From Clostridium sp. (GTDB lineage: Bacteria > Bacteroidota > Bacteroidia > Bacteroidales > Muribaculaceae), in NCBI GenBank assembly GCA_023663805.1, contig JAMPGR010000001.1:156255-220254 (forward strand): a stretch of DNA of 64,000 nucleotides, written 5' to 3'. The notes beneath the pieces are model-generated. The model searched no databases. It saw nothing but the letters and a program-made list of their open reading frames with translations, and was not told the DNA's origin. Below are positions 23,087 through 33,449 of the stretch, in pieces. Every line of letters starts with the position of its first letter. The first letter of the stretch is position 1. Position numbers and translations under genes: made by a program.

Positions 23087-23584
23087 TTAGTTGATTCCGA
23101 GTTTCTGTTTGACGGCGGGGGTCACGTCGACAACGTCGCTTCCGGTATAGACCGGCATAAGGTTTTCGAAGATCATCGTGAAATTTCCTTCGGAACCGAC
23201 GGCGTTCAGGGCGTTCATGACTTTTTCCTGAACAGGAGCGGTCAGAGCCTGCTGCTGACGGTTAAGGTCCTGAGTTGCGTTGTTACGGAACTCCTCGATT
23301 TTCTGAGCGAGATCCTGGATATCCTGCATGCGGCGTTCCTTAATGGCCTGGGGGGTCGATTCCTCCATTTTCTGAAATTCCTCGAATTTCTTGTTGTATT
23401 CTGCCTGAAGGTTGTCGAATTCAGTCTGGTATTTCTGGGAGGCAGCCTCGAGCTGGGTCTGTACCTCTTTCATCTCAGGCATGGAGAGGACGATTTCCTG
23501 GGTGTTTACGACGCCGAATTTACCCTGGGCGAAGAGCATCGACGGAATGGCAATCATGATTGCCAGCAAGATTTTCTTGATCAT
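23087..23584 (-). CDS. skp: Skp/OmpH periplasmic chaperone (copy 2)
   Basis: AQGKFGVVNTQEI...PE; coiled-coil body; DVT..VKQKLGI. A TAACTTTG element at 23662-23655 suggests its own promoter. Confidence 0.9.
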   Translation of the reverse strand: MIKKILLAIMIAIPSMLFAQGKFGVVNTQEIVLSMPEMKEVQTQLEAASQKYQTEFDNLQAEYNKKFEEFQKMEESTPQAIKERRMQDIQDLAQKIEEFRNNATQDLNRQQQALTAPVQEKVMNALNAVGSEGNFTMIFENLMPVYTGSDVVDVTPAVKQKLGIN

Positions 23585-23668
23585 TGTTCAGATATGTTTT
23601 TTTGTTTTTTTGTTTCTCTGTCAATTCGGCGGTCCGCACATACGAACCGTCCGGCAAAGTTAGTCAAA

Positions 23669-24184
23669 TTATTTGGAATATCCCATTTTTGCGAGGACAT
23701 CGTTGCTGACATCGATCCGCGGCGAGGCGAATATGATATCCGACGAACTGGCTCGGTCGAAGATAGCCTGAAGACCGCGCTCGTCGGCGACCTTCTTGAC
23801 GGCATTGTAGACATCGTCCTGGATCGGTTTCATCAGCGACTGGCGTTTCTTGTAGAGTTCACCCTCGGGGCCGAAATATTTGTTTCGGAGTTCGGATGCC
23901 TCCTTCTCTTTGGCGACGATCTCCTCTTCACGGGCTTTCTTCTGTTCGTCGGTGATGAAGACCATTTCGGCCTGGTATTTCTTATACATCTCCTCGGCTT
24001 CGCGCGAGACGCTCTCGACCTCTTTCTGCCAGCGGAGCGATATCTGGTTCAGCTGTTCGTTCGCCATTTCGTAGGCGGGGATGTTTTTCAGCACATATTC
24101 CATATCGACCAGAGCGAATTTCTGGGCCGACGCCGAGGCCGCGCAGGCGACGGCGAGTATCATGATAACGAGGAATTTTTTCAT
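23669..24184 (-). CDS. skp: Skp/OmpH periplasmic chaperone (copy 1)
   Basis: AQKFALVDMEYVLKNIPAYE...FGPEGEL...IFDRAS...DVSNDVLAKMG. Confidence 0.92.
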   Translation of the reverse strand: MKKFLVIMILAVACAASASAQKFALVDMEYVLKNIPAYEMANEQLNQISLRWQKEVESVSREAEEMYKKYQAEMVFITDEQKKAREEEIVAKEKEASELRNKYFGPEGELYKKRQSLMKPIQDDVYNAVKKVADERGLQAIFDRASSSDIIFASPRIDVSNDVLAKMGYSK

Positions 24185-24276
24185 TATGGTTCGTTTTTAT
24201 GTTATACGGTCACTTTCGTTTTAACAATTCTATGACCGGCGATGTGCGGTATGGTTTAAGTTTTTAACTTTTCTTA

Positions 24277-26931
24277 TCAGAATTCCTGGCCGAGGATGAA
24301 GTGGAAGTGGCTTCCACCCCGTTCGCCGTAGACCTTGTCGAAGCCGTAGGCCCAGTCGATACCCATCATGCCGACCATCGGGAGGAAGACGCGTACGCCG
24401 GCACCGGCACTGCGCTTCATGTCGAACGGCGAGAACTGTTTGACCGAAGTCCATGCGTTGCCACCCTCGGCGAAGACGAGTCCGTAGATTGTCGTCGTCG
24501 GCTGGAGCAGGAACGGGAAGTGGAGTTCTACGCCCATACGGGTGTAGGCGCGGCCTTCGGCGCCGTAGGGGGTCAGGGTTCCGTTGTCGTAGCCGCGGAG
24601 GGCGATGGTCTCTGTTGCGTAGGTATAGGATCCCGACATGCCGTCGCCGCCAACATAGAAGGTCTCGAACGGAGTTCGGAGCCAGCGGTTATATCCGCCG
24701 AGCAGACCGAAGTCGGCGCGGGTCATCAGCACGAGCGTGTATTTCCCGTCGGCGTCGGTCAGCGGGGTGTATGTTCGAGACTTGAAGCGAAGTTTCCAGT
24801 ATTCGATCCAGCGGTAGAGTTGCTTGCGCGACTCCTTTGTGTTCTCCTGGGAGAGTTTCTCCCAGTTTTTCTTGCCGAAGAGCGAGGCGGGGGGTGTCAC
24901 CTGGAGATTCAGCGAGAAACTCGAGCCGCGGCGTGTATAGAGCGGGTTGTCGATCGAGTTTCGGGCCAGTGTCAGACCGAGGACGAAGGAGTTCGATGTT
25001 CCGTCGGTCATTTCGAACAGATATTCCCAGTTCTTCAGGTAGTACCAGTTGTAGGTCAGTTCGGCTGTGAAGGTAAAGAAGTCATCGGGCCAGTTCAGAC
25101 GCTTTCCGAAGCCGGCCGAGACGGAGACCATCTGGAGGACCTTGTTCGGGTCGTAGGCGTCCTGGATCATGTTGCTGTAGTCATATCCGTAGCCGTAGTT
25201 TCCGAGGCCGTAGCCGTACATCGAGCCGAGGTAGCTGTTGTAGGCGCTCGACCAGCGGTTGTTGTAGAACGAGGAGTTGACACCGGTCTGGCGGCTGTAG
25301 TATGCCGACAGTGACAGCGAGTTCGGGCGTTTTCCGCCGAACCATGGGTCGAGGAACGAGATGCTGTAGGCCTGGTAGTAGCGGGCGTTGGTCTGGGCCG
25401 AGATCGAAAACGACTGGCCTTCGCCCTGGGGTATGATTCCGCGGTAACTGCTTGGGTGGAAGAGATTTCGTATCGAGAAATTGTTGAATTTCAGGGCGAC
25501 TTTTCCGACGATGCCGGTCTGTCCCCAGCCAAACGAGAGTTCGACCTGGTCGTTCGCCTTCGATTCGAGATTCAGGGCGATGTCGACTGTTCCGTTGTCC
25601 TCGTTGGGCCGGACATCGGGGTTCATGTTCTCGGGGTTGAAATGTCCGGTCTGGGCGATTTCGCGGAGAGAACGGACGAGGTCGTCTTTGCTGAAGAGGT
25701 CGCCGGGACGGATTCGGAGTTCGCGGCGGATAACTTTTTCGTAGAGTCGGTCGTTACCGTTGATGGCGATACTATTGATGCGTGCCTGGGGGCCTTCCAT
25801 CATTCTCATCTCGAGCGAGATCGAGTCGCCGTTGACGCTCCGTTCGATTGGGACGAGCTGGTAGAAGAGATAGCCGCGGTTCATATAGAGGTTCGAGACG
25901 GCATCGTCATCCTCGAGGGTTCGTTTGTTCAGGAGTTTCTGGTTGTAGACGTCGCCTGCCTTCATTCCGAGGATCTGGTCGAGCAGTTCGGTCGGGAAGA
26001 CGGTGTTGCCGACCCAGGAGATCGAGTCTATATAGTATTTTTTCCCCTCCTCGATGGTAATGTAGACATCGACTTTCTTGTCGTCCCATGCGACGACGCT
26101 GTCACTGAGGATCTTGGCGTCGCGGTAGCCTTTTTCGTTATATTTTTCGAGAATACGGTTCAGGTCATCTTCGTAGTCTGTTTCGACGAACTTCTTCTGG
26201 CTGAAAATTTTCATGATGTCGCCGTTTTCATTCGTTTTCTTCATCGTACGTTTGATAGCGCGGTCAGAGAGTACTTCGTTGCCATCGATATAGATCTTGT
26301 GGACTTTGATTTTCTGTTTTTTGTCGATATTGATGTCGACGATGACCTCGTTTTTGTTCGAGAGGTCTTCGTGGAGAACGATGTTTACGCTTGCGTTATT
26401 GAAGCCTTTGTCGGCGTAGTATTTCTTTATAATTGTTTCGGCGCGGTTAATGATGTTCTGGGTGATCTGGTTCCCTTTGTAGAGCTGGAGACGTTCCTGA
26501 AGGTCGTCGCGCTCACCCTTTTTCGCGCCGTTGTAGTTTATCTGCGATATGCGGGGCTGCTGGCGGAGTTGGATTGTCAGCCAGGCCTTGTCGCCCGTTG
26601 TTTTGTCGACGACAATCTGGACGGTCGAGAACAGCCCCTGACGCCAGAGTCGGCGCGCGGCGGCGTTCAGTTCCTCGCCGGGGATGTCGACGCGTTCGCC
26701 GACTTTCAGGCCTGCATAACCGATAATGATATGGTCGTCGTAGTTGTCGGCGCCTTTGACCGAAATTCCGGCGATTTCGTAAACGCGCGGCATACCGTTG
26801 AAGAGCACCTTCGGCTCATAGACGGTGTCGGTCGGGAGTGAGGCGGGACCGTTCTGCGCGTCGAGCATAAGGGGGAATGCAGAAGCGAGCAGAAGGACGA
26901 TTGTCAGCAGTATTTTTGAACGGGATTGCAT
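24277..26931 (-). CDS. bamA: Outer membrane protein assembly factor BamA
   Basis: POTRA repeats, VIRREL, FLDPWFGG, IALRGY (VRGF-equivalent), SAGAGVR and C-terminal HFILGQEF. Confidence 0.96.
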   Translation of the reverse strand: MQSRSKILLTIVLLLASAFPLMLDAQNGPASLPTDTVYEPKVLFNGMPRVYEIAGISVKGADNYDDHIIIGYAGLKVGERVDIPGEELNAAARRLWRQGLFSTVQIVVDKTTGDKAWLTIQLRQQPRISQINYNGAKKGERDDLQERLQLYKGNQITQNIINRAETIIKKYYADKGFNNASVNIVLHEDLSNKNEVIVDINIDKKQKIKVHKIYIDGNEVLSDRAIKRTMKKTNENGDIMKIFSQKKFVETDYEDDLNRILEKYNEKGYRDAKILSDSVVAWDDKKVDVYITIEEGKKYYIDSISWVGNTVFPTELLDQILGMKAGDVYNQKLLNKRTLEDDDAVSNLYMNRGYLFYQLVPIERSVNGDSISLEMRMMEGPQARINSIAINGNDRLYEKVIRRELRIRPGDLFSKDDLVRSLREIAQTGHFNPENMNPDVRPNEDNGTVDIALNLESKANDQVELSFGWGQTGIVGKVALKFNNFSIRNLFHPSSYRGIIPQGEGQSFSISAQTNARYYQAYSISFLDPWFGGKRPNSLSLSAYYSRQTGVNSSFYNNRWSSAYNSYLGSMYGYGLGNYGYGYDYSNMIQDAYDPNKVLQMVSVSAGFGKRLNWPDDFFTFTAELTYNWYYLKNWEYLFEMTDGTSNSFVLGLTLARNSIDNPLYTRRGSSFSLNLQVTPPASLFGKKNWEKLSQENTKESRKQLYRWIEYWKLRFKSRTYTPLTDADGKYTLVLMTRADFGLLGGYNRWLRTPFETFYVGGDGMSGSYTYATETIALRGYDNGTLTPYGAEGRAYTRMGVELHFPFLLQPTTTIYGLVFAEGGNAWTSVKQFSPFDMKRSAGAGVRVFLPMVGMMGIDWAYGFDKVYGERGGSHFHFILGQEF

Positions 26932-26996
26932 ATGTTCTGAAGAAGGATATGATGGGTCTTGGAATGTGATTATCGATGTTGGAGCGGGGGAGAGGT

Positions 26997-27782
26997 CTAT
27001 TCGGTTCCGGGAGCGGCGCCGGTCTGTCGGTCTGTTACCTGTTCGGAGGTCAGCCCGAAGCGGCGTTCGCGGCCTTGATAAGCGAGGATTGCGCGGCAGA
27101 AATCGGTTTTGTCGAAGTCGGGCCAGAGGGTCGGGGTTATATAAAATTCGGAGTAGGCAACCTGCCAGAGCAGGAAATTGCTGATGCGCTGGTCGCCGCC
27201 GGTCCGGATCAGCAGGTCGGGGTCTGGCATTCCGTCTGTTGTCAGATAGTGACTGAAAAGTTCAGGAGTGACTGTCGCGGGATTGAGTTTGCCGGCGGCA
27301 GCTTCTTCGGCTATTAACCGGGCGGCGCGTGCAATCTCCCAGCGCGACGAGTAACTCAGGGCCAGGACGAGGGTCAGACCGGTCGAGCCGGCGGTGTCGG
27401 CCATACAGCGGCGGAGCCGGGCGAGGGCCTCGGCGGGCATCCGGTCGAAGTCGCCGATCATCGTCAGGCGGACATTGTTCCGTATCAGACGCGGCGTTTC
27501 GCGTTCGAGGGCGACGACAATCAGGTGCATCAGGGCGTCGACCTCCTCTTTCGGGCGGTTCCAGTTTTCGGTCGAGAAGGCGTAGAGCGTCAGGAATTCG
27601 ACCCCGAGATCGGAAGCGGTTTCGGTGACGGAGCGGACGGTGTTGACCCCCTCGGTGTGACCGGCTGTACGGGCCATGCTGCGCGACTTGGCCCAGCGGC
27701 CGTTGCCGTCCATAATGATGGCGACGTGGCGTGGAACGCGTTTTCGGTCGATTTCCGACAATATGTTGTCTAATTCAGTCAT
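26997..27782 (-). CDS. uppS: Undecaprenyl diphosphate synthase
   Basis: PRHVAIIMDGNGRWA, YAFSTENWNRP, LALSYSSR and DPDLLIRTGGDQRISNFLLWQ. Confidence 0.97.
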   Translation of the reverse strand: MTELDNILSEIDRKRVPRHVAIIMDGNGRWAKSRSMARTAGHTEGVNTVRSVTETASDLGVEFLTLYAFSTENWNRPKEEVDALMHLIVVALERETPRLIRNNVRLTMIGDFDRMPAEALARLRRCMADTAGSTGLTLVLALSYSSRWEIARAARLIAEEAAAGKLNPATVTPELFSHYLTTDGMPDPDLLIRTGGDQRISNFLLWQVAYSEFYITPTLWPDFDKTDFCRAILAYQGRERRFGLTSEQVTDRQTGAAPGTE

Positions 27783-28511
27783 TCAGTCGATTCTGTTACA
27801 TACGACGCATCGTTTCCCGAACTCGTAGGTTATCCCGACGGTCAGGAACGAATACCAGTCTGTATTTTTTATAAACGAACTTTTTATCTGGTAGAGATCA
27901 CTGAGGCGGTCGCCGTCGATGTGATCACTGAAAGTCTTTGTCATCGTGAAGATCGCCTCGAGGTTTAGTCGCTGGCTCAGTTTGTAGCGGACGCCGAACG
28001 ACATCGGGATATTCAGGCCGAAATGGCTCTTCCCCTCCGACGAGGCCATCGTCACCCCGACTCCGACGCCGAGCACCGGAGTCCAGCGGCGCAGGCGTTT
28101 GTAGGTCTCGCCGATGCCGAAACTGAAGAAGTTGAATTCGCCGCGTACGCCGAGGTCGTAGACCTGCGATGTAAAGTCGATCGGTTCGCCGCCGGGGATA
28201 TAGTTGTCGTAGTCGGCGGTGCTTCCCTTGAGCGAGGCTGTTGCCAGGGTCGTTCTGATCGCGAAGCGGTTGTCAGCAAACAGATAACTGAAATTGGCGT
28301 TGGCGGCGAAGCCAGGATGGGCATACAGATTGCTCTGGTTTGCGTCGCCCAGATATCCGCTCATCCCGAGCGCGGCGCCGAAACTGAACTTGTAAGTGTC
28401 CTGTTGTTGCTGGGCGCTGACAAGGGAGGTTCCCGGCCGGAACGAGGCCAGGAAAATCGTCGCGAGCATCAGCGGTCTGATCAGTCTGACTATGTCGAGG
28501 TTTGTCTTCAA
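27783..28511 (-). CDS. porG: PorG/DUF6089-family outer membrane beta-barrel (T9SS-associated)
   Basis: GMSGYLGDAN, beta-barrel pattern, DWYSFLTVGITYEFG..C..C. Sits directly upstream of uppS-bamA-skp-skp, as porG does in Porphyromonas. Confidence 0.7.
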   Translation of the reverse strand: MKTNLDIVRLIRPLMLATIFLASFRPGTSLVSAQQQQDTYKFSFGAALGMSGYLGDANQSNLYAHPGFAANANFSYLFADNRFAIRTTLATASLKGSTADYDNYIPGGEPIDFTSQVYDLGVRGEFNFFSFGIGETYKRLRRWTPVLGVGVGVTMASSEGKSHFGLNIPMSFGVRYKLSQRLNLEAIFTMTKTFSDHIDGDRLSDLYQIKSSFIKNTDWYSFLTVGITYEFGKRCVVCNRID

Positions 28512-28544
28512 TTCGTTACGGGAGAGAATTTTGTTTTCGGGGGG

Positions 28545-30011
28545 TTAGTAGAGGGGCTTGTAGGTCATACGGTTGATTACGCCGCGTATGACTGAGGCGC
28601 TTTGGGTTATCTCCCCCTGTTCATATCCGCCGATAATGTAAACATAGGGGGCTTCCCATTCTGTTACCGGCTGGCTGTAGCGCGAGGGGGGGATAACGTT
28701 GCCGTTGGGGTCGATTCTGAACAGCCTGTCAATCACGTAGGCACGGGCATCGCGTCGGGGCTTGACCGATTCGGGGAACTGGAGATATCTGCCGGACTCT
28801 GACCAACTGATGCCGCGGTCGCGCGAATAATATGTCTTGTCGGAGATGTTTCCGTCGCTGTCAGCGCCGCCGACGGCAAACAGGACGCTGTTTTCTGTTA
28901 CGACCCAGGTCGATGAGGTCGAATAGATGAAGTATGGGAAAACGGTCAGACCTTTCAGCGCCGGAACAGGCTTTGTCGAACTGAGACGCGCCCATTTTCC
29001 TGCCGAAAAGCCCCAACAGTCGCCGGTCAGACTTCCGTCGGCCTTTGTGCCGCCGACGATGACCGACATTGGTTCGGTCGACCACTGCGAGACGTAGGTG
29101 ATCATCCGGGATGTCTCGCCGACCGGCATCTCGGAATCGAGCGCAACGGTCTTCCCGCCGGGGTAGGTGACCGAGTTCCATGAGCCATCGGCGTTACGTA
29201 CTGCTCCGACGACCTGGTTGCCCTGGACACCATATATATAGTCCATCGCGACACCGCAGTCGCGGAAGTGTTGCCATCCGGTTGTCGTTTCGTAGAGTTT
29301 TCCGTCGGCCAGAAGGTACATCGCCTCCTCAGTCGAGACCAGTGTCCGGCAGTCAGCACCGTCGGGAAGCGTCAGCGAACTGATGGAGCCGGTAACCAGG
29401 CCTATTTGGTCGGTTTTCTGGTTGTAGAGAGTTCCTTTGGCCCCTTCGAGACTCAGCAGGTAGAGAACATCTCCCTGGAGCGTAGTTCCCCAGTTGTCGG
29501 TTGTCAGCGTCGGAAGACCGAATTTTTCGATTTCGGTCCATGACAGGCTGTCGGGCTGCTGGCTGTGGACATTGACTTCGATCCGATAGTCGCAGGAGAC
29601 TGTTCCGTCAAACGATGTCAGGCGGAGGATAACCGGGCCGGCCTCGAAGTTAACAGAATCGTCGGGGTTGGTGAAGTAGTTGATGATCGTGTCGACTCCG
29701 GCGTCGGTTTTGCAGTGGATTTCCGCGACGCTGACAGACCCGAACGTCGGACTGATCTGAAGTCGGTTCGTTCGCGTTCCGACCGGAAGCGAATCGGGGT
29801 TCCAGATTCGGGCGTTATCGAGGTCGATTGCGAAAAAAACTGTGTCGAGATTTGCCAGAATACTGTCGTTTTCGCCGAGACGGAACTCCGTGACGGCCAC
29901 GTTGGTCGAGGTATACTCCTCGCTCCACCATGTTTCGTTGTCGTCGTTACATCCTGAGAAACAGCATATTGCGCTCAGGAAAAGTATCATCAAAGGGATA
30001 GATCTCTTCAT
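28545..30011 (-). CDS. DUF6242-type lipoprotein with C-terminal beta-propeller
   Basis: Lipobox FSGC; FAIDLDNARIWNPDSLP.GT; VNVH...PDSL.W; propeller-like repeats; conserved position upstream of porG. Confidence 0.7.
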   Translation of the reverse strand: MKRSIPLMILFLSAICCFSGCNDDNETWWSEEYTSTNVAVTEFRLGENDSILANLDTVFFAIDLDNARIWNPDSLPVGTRTNRLQISPTFGSVSVAEIHCKTDAGVDTIINYFTNPDDSVNFEAGPVILRLTSFDGTVSCDYRIEVNVHSQQPDSLSWTEIEKFGLPTLTTDNWGTTLQGDVLYLLSLEGAKGTLYNQKTDQIGLVTGSISSLTLPDGADCRTLVSTEEAMYLLADGKLYETTTGWQHFRDCGVAMDYIYGVQGNQVVGAVRNADGSWNSVTYPGGKTVALDSEMPVGETSRMITYVSQWSTEPMSVIVGGTKADGSLTGDCWGFSAGKWARLSSTKPVPALKGLTVFPYFIYSTSSTWVVTENSVLFAVGGADSDGNISDKTYYSRDRGISWSESGRYLQFPESVKPRRDARAYVIDRLFRIDPNGNVIPPSRYSQPVTEWEAPYVYIIGGYEQGEITQSASVIRGVINRMTYKPLY

Positions 30012-30082
30012 ATTCGTATTGTTTCGAAACGCAAAGTTAGCAACATTTTTGTTAACCTATTGCCTCTTAGAGTTAAAAAACG

Positions 30083-31156
30083 TCACAAAGTTTCGGTTTT
30101 GTCGATTCTATAGGGGCGAACTGTTGCGACGATATTTCCGTCGAAGGGGGTAAAACGGACTGTTCCGGCGGGTCGCGGGGGGGCAGGAGAGCGTCCGGCA
30201 TCATCGGCTGCGCGGGGCGATGTCTCGATCCTGCATTCGTCCCAGAGCCCTTCGTCGAGGAACGAACGCAGGAGTGTCGGGCCCCCTTCGATCAGGATCG
30301 AGATCCATCCGAATTCGTCGCGGAGCCGGACAGCCAGATCGCCGAGGGTCGTCCCGGCGGGGATGATAGTCTGGATGACGTGTGGCGGGAGATCTTCGCG
30401 GCGGTGGGTCGCGACATAGACAACCTCCGCGCCGTTGTCGTCGAACACCCGGCTTTCGGCCGGAACGAGGCCGCGCCGGTCGAGGATGACGCGCGCCGGA
30501 GATCGGCCAGCGATGCCCCTGACTGTCAGCGACGGGTTGTCTTCAATGACCGTCCGGCTGCCGACAACGATTGCGTCTGATTCAGCGCGAATCTCCATGA
30601 CAGCGAGCGTAGAGAGAGGAGTCGATATCCGCGCGGGGCGGCCGTCGGTTATGCTCCGGTCTATATCAGTGAAGCCGTCGGCGGTTTCAGCCCACTTCAG
30701 GGTAATCCAGGGGCGGCCGAGATGCTGGGCCGCGATGAATTTCCGGGCGAGTTCGCGGCATTCGGCCTCGCAGACTCCGACTGTCACCCCGATTCCTGCG
30801 TCGCGGAGAATCGCGATTCCCCGGCCGCTGACCCGGGGGTTCGGGTCGACACACCCTATGACAACACGCCCGACACTGAGCGAAGCAAGCATCGTCGCGC
30901 AGGGGGGGGTCTTGCCGTAGTGTGAGCAAGGCTCGAGGGTCACGTAGACTGTCGAGCCGCGAAGGAGCGAGGGGTCGGCGACGGAGGCAACGGCGTTGAC
31001 CTCGGCGTGGGCCTGTCCGAAGCGACGGTGCCACCCCTCGCCGATAATCCGGCCGCCGGAGACTATTACCGCGCCGACGGCCGGATTCGGCGAAGTAGTC
31101 AGAGAACCGTGGCGTGCGAGGGATATCGCCCGGCGCATTAATGTTTCGTCGGTCAT
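30083..31156 (-). CDS. ribD: Bifunctional riboflavin deaminase/reductase
   Basis: SPNPAVGAVIV, HAEVNA, VTLEPCSHYGKTPPC, ITLKWA, LIEGG. Confidence 0.96.
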   Translation of the reverse strand: MTDETLMRRAISLARHGSLTTSPNPAVGAVIVSGGRIIGEGWHRRFGQAHAEVNAVASVADPSLLRGSTVYVTLEPCSHYGKTPPCATMLASLSVGRVVIGCVDPNPRVSGRGIAILRDAGIGVTVGVCEAECRELARKFIAAQHLGRPWITLKWAETADGFTDIDRSITDGRPARISTPLSTLAVMEIRAESDAIVVGSRTVIEDNPSLTVRGIAGRSPARVILDRRGLVPAESRVFDDNGAEVVYVATHRREDLPPHVIQTIIPAGTTLGDLAVRLRDEFGWISILIEGGPTLLRSFLDEGLWDECRIETSPRAADDAGRSPAPPRPAGTVRFTPFDGNIVATVRPYRIDKTETL

Positions 31157-32868
31157 GCTTCTTCGTGCCAGTCACCATTTTCGCGAATCAGAGCGACCAG
31201 ACGCCCGACCGCTTCTTCGGCGGGTATGTTTTTGACGATACACTTCTTTCCTTTGTAGAGACTGACTCGTCCCGGTCCGGCTCCAACGTAGCCGTAGTCG
31301 GCGTCGGCCATCTCTCCGGGGCCGTTAACGATACACCCCATAACACCTATCTTCAGTCCTTTCAGGGAAGATGTCGCGGCTTTTATGTCGCGCAGGGTCG
31401 ACTGGAGGTCATAGAGTGTCCGGCCGCATCCGGGGCAGGAGATATATTCGGTCCGGGTCGTGCGGAGCCGGGTTGCCTGGAGTATTCCGAAGGCGACACC
31501 AGCCTCCCGGGCTGGAGTCAGCGAGGGAGCCGAGAGCATTATTCCGTCGGCAAAGCCGTTCATAAGGATTCGTCCGAGGTCTGTGGCGGCGCGCAGTGTC
31601 GCCTCCTCGGCCGACAGGGCGGGGGAGTATTCCATCGCCGTTATGACCGGGCGGCGTATGCCGAGAGCGGTCATGCGGTGGAGCAGCGCCATCATACGTT
31701 CGGGTGAGTCGGCGCGGCGGCCGCGCAGGATGATCGCCGGAGCGCAGGGGGATGATCCGATCTGTTCGATCAGTCGGTCGGGGGCGTCGTCGGCGTCCAG
31801 TTCGAGGAATCCGCCGCGGGTTTGGCTGTCGAGGATAATGTCAGGACGCTGGCCTTCGGCGAATTCGCCGGTCCGCCCGGAGACGACGACCGGCGGATTT
31901 GTTCCGCCGACGATCCCTTCGGCGTCGGTCTGGCGCCGCGCGGGGGCGAGCGAATCATATCCCGGAGCGTAGTCGCCTGGAATCGGCGCTGCTCCTGCGC
32001 GCGAGGTCGCGTAGTCGGCGATTATCCGCGCGACGGGAATCTCAGCCTCAGGCTCCTCGGAGAGGGAGACGCGGATCGTGTCACCGATACCCTCGGCGAG
32101 GAGGGTTCCGATGCCGACGGCTGACTTGATTCGTCCGTCTTCACCTTCGCCCGCCTCTGTTACCCCGAGATGGAGCGGAAAGTGCATTCCTTCGTTGTCC
32201 ATCGCCGCAACCAGACGACGCATCGTCTCGACCATGACGCGGACATTCGAGGCCTTGACTGAGATAACGACGTCCGTGAAGTTCTCGGCGACGCAGACGC
32301 GGAGGAACTCCATGGCGCTCTCGACCATTCCGGCCGGAGTGTCGCCGTAGCGGCTCATGATACGGTCTGACAGCGAGCCGTGGTTGACGCCGATGCGCAG
32401 GGCTGTGTTGTTCTGCCGGCAGAGATCGAGCAGGGGCTTCAGGGCTGTTTCGATCTTTCGGATTTCGGCGGCATACTCTTCGTCGGTGAAATCGATCTTC
32501 GCGAAGGTCCGCCCCGGGTCGACGAAGTTGCCGGGGTTGATGCGGACCTTGTCGCAGGTCGTCGCGGCGGTGTATGCGGCGCGGGGGTTGAAATGGATGT
32601 CGGCGACGAGCGGGACGTCGCAGCCGCGGCGCCGCAGTTCGGCGCGGATCACGCCGATATTTGTCGCCTCGCGCGAACCCTGGGCTGTCAGCCTGACGAT
32701 CTGGCCGCCGGCTTCGGCGATCCGGAGCGTCTGCCGGACCGATCCGGGGGTGTCCATTGTCGATGTCGAGGTCATCGACTGGAGCACGACGGGATGTCCG
32801 CTGCCGACCCCGACATTCCCGACGCGGGCCGTGACGGTCTGGCGCCGGCGGTAGTCGAAACGGCTCAA
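31153..32868 (-). CDS. ispG: HMBPP synthase IspG (long, insertion-containing type)
   Basis: LQSMT, PLVADIHF, KVRINPGN, RIGVNHGSLS, HLGVTEAG, ISCPGCGRT and VMGCIVNGPGE. Confidence 0.97.
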   Translation of the reverse strand: MSRFDYRRRQTVTARVGNVGVGSGHPVVLQSMTSTSTMDTPGSVRQTLRIAEAGGQIVRLTAQGSREATNIGVIRAELRRRGCDVPLVADIHFNPRAAYTAATTCDKVRINPGNFVDPGRTFAKIDFTDEEYAAEIRKIETALKPLLDLCRQNNTALRIGVNHGSLSDRIMSRYGDTPAGMVESAMEFLRVCVAENFTDVVISVKASNVRVMVETMRRLVAAMDNEGMHFPLHLGVTEAGEGEDGRIKSAVGIGTLLAEGIGDTIRVSLSEEPEAEIPVARIIADYATSRAGAAPIPGDYAPGYDSLAPARRQTDAEGIVGGTNPPVVVSGRTGEFAEGQRPDIILDSQTRGGFLELDADDAPDRLIEQIGSSPCAPAIILRGRRADSPERMMALLHRMTALGIRRPVITAMEYSPALSAEEATLRAATDLGRILMNGFADGIMLSAPSLTPAREAGVAFGILQATRLRTTRTEYISCPGCGRTLYDLQSTLRDIKAATSSLKGLKIGVMGCIVNGPGEMADADYGYVGAGPGRVSLYKGKKCIVKNIPAEEAVGRLVALIRENGDWHEEA

Positions 32869-33371
32869 TTTGTCTTGAATTTATATTCGACCTTCGCCAG
32901 TTCGGCGTTCGCCTTGACGATCTTCTCGGAGAGCGTCTTCCGGTAGGCGTCGAAACGGCATGCAACGGCCGGTTCGGCGACGGCGAGAATCTGGACGGCA
33001 AGCACGGCGGCATTCATCGCGGCGTTGATTCCGACTGTCGCGACGGCGACACCCGGAGGCATCTGTACGATTGACAGCAGGGCGTCGCGGCCGTCGAGGG
33101 TCGAGTTGATCGGAATTCCTATGACCGGCAGGGGGGTCATGGCGGCGATCACGCCGGGCAGCGCGGCGGCCATACCGGCGGCGGCGATAATGACCTTCAG
33201 CCCGCGGCCGGCGGCGTTGCGGGCGAACTGTTCGACCTCGGCGGGGGTGCGGTGGGCCGACAGAGCGTTCATTTCGAAGGGGATTTCCATCGACTCGAGG
33301 AAATCGGCGGCTTTGCGGAGCACGGGGAGATCCGACGTGCTCCCCATGATGATGCTGACTAATGGTTGCAT
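32865..33371 (-). CDS. purE: N5-CAIR mutase
   Basis: VSIIMGSTSD, SAHRTP, IAAAGMAAALPG and LLSIVQMPPGVAVATV. Probable start is the ATG at 33371. Confidence 0.96.
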   Translation of the reverse strand: MQPLVSIIMGSTSDLPVLRKAADFLESMEIPFEMNALSAHRTPAEVEQFARNAAGRGLKVIIAAAGMAAALPGVIAAMTPLPVIGIPINSTLDGRDALLSIVQMPPGVAVATVGINAAMNAAVLAVQILAVAEPAVACRFDAYRKTLSEKIVKANAELAKVEYKFKTN

Positions 33372-33449
33372 AACTGGGATTCGGTTATTAAACTGACCGC
33401 AAAGATACAACATCCGGCGTTTCCGCTCCTTTTTTTTAACGTACGCTAA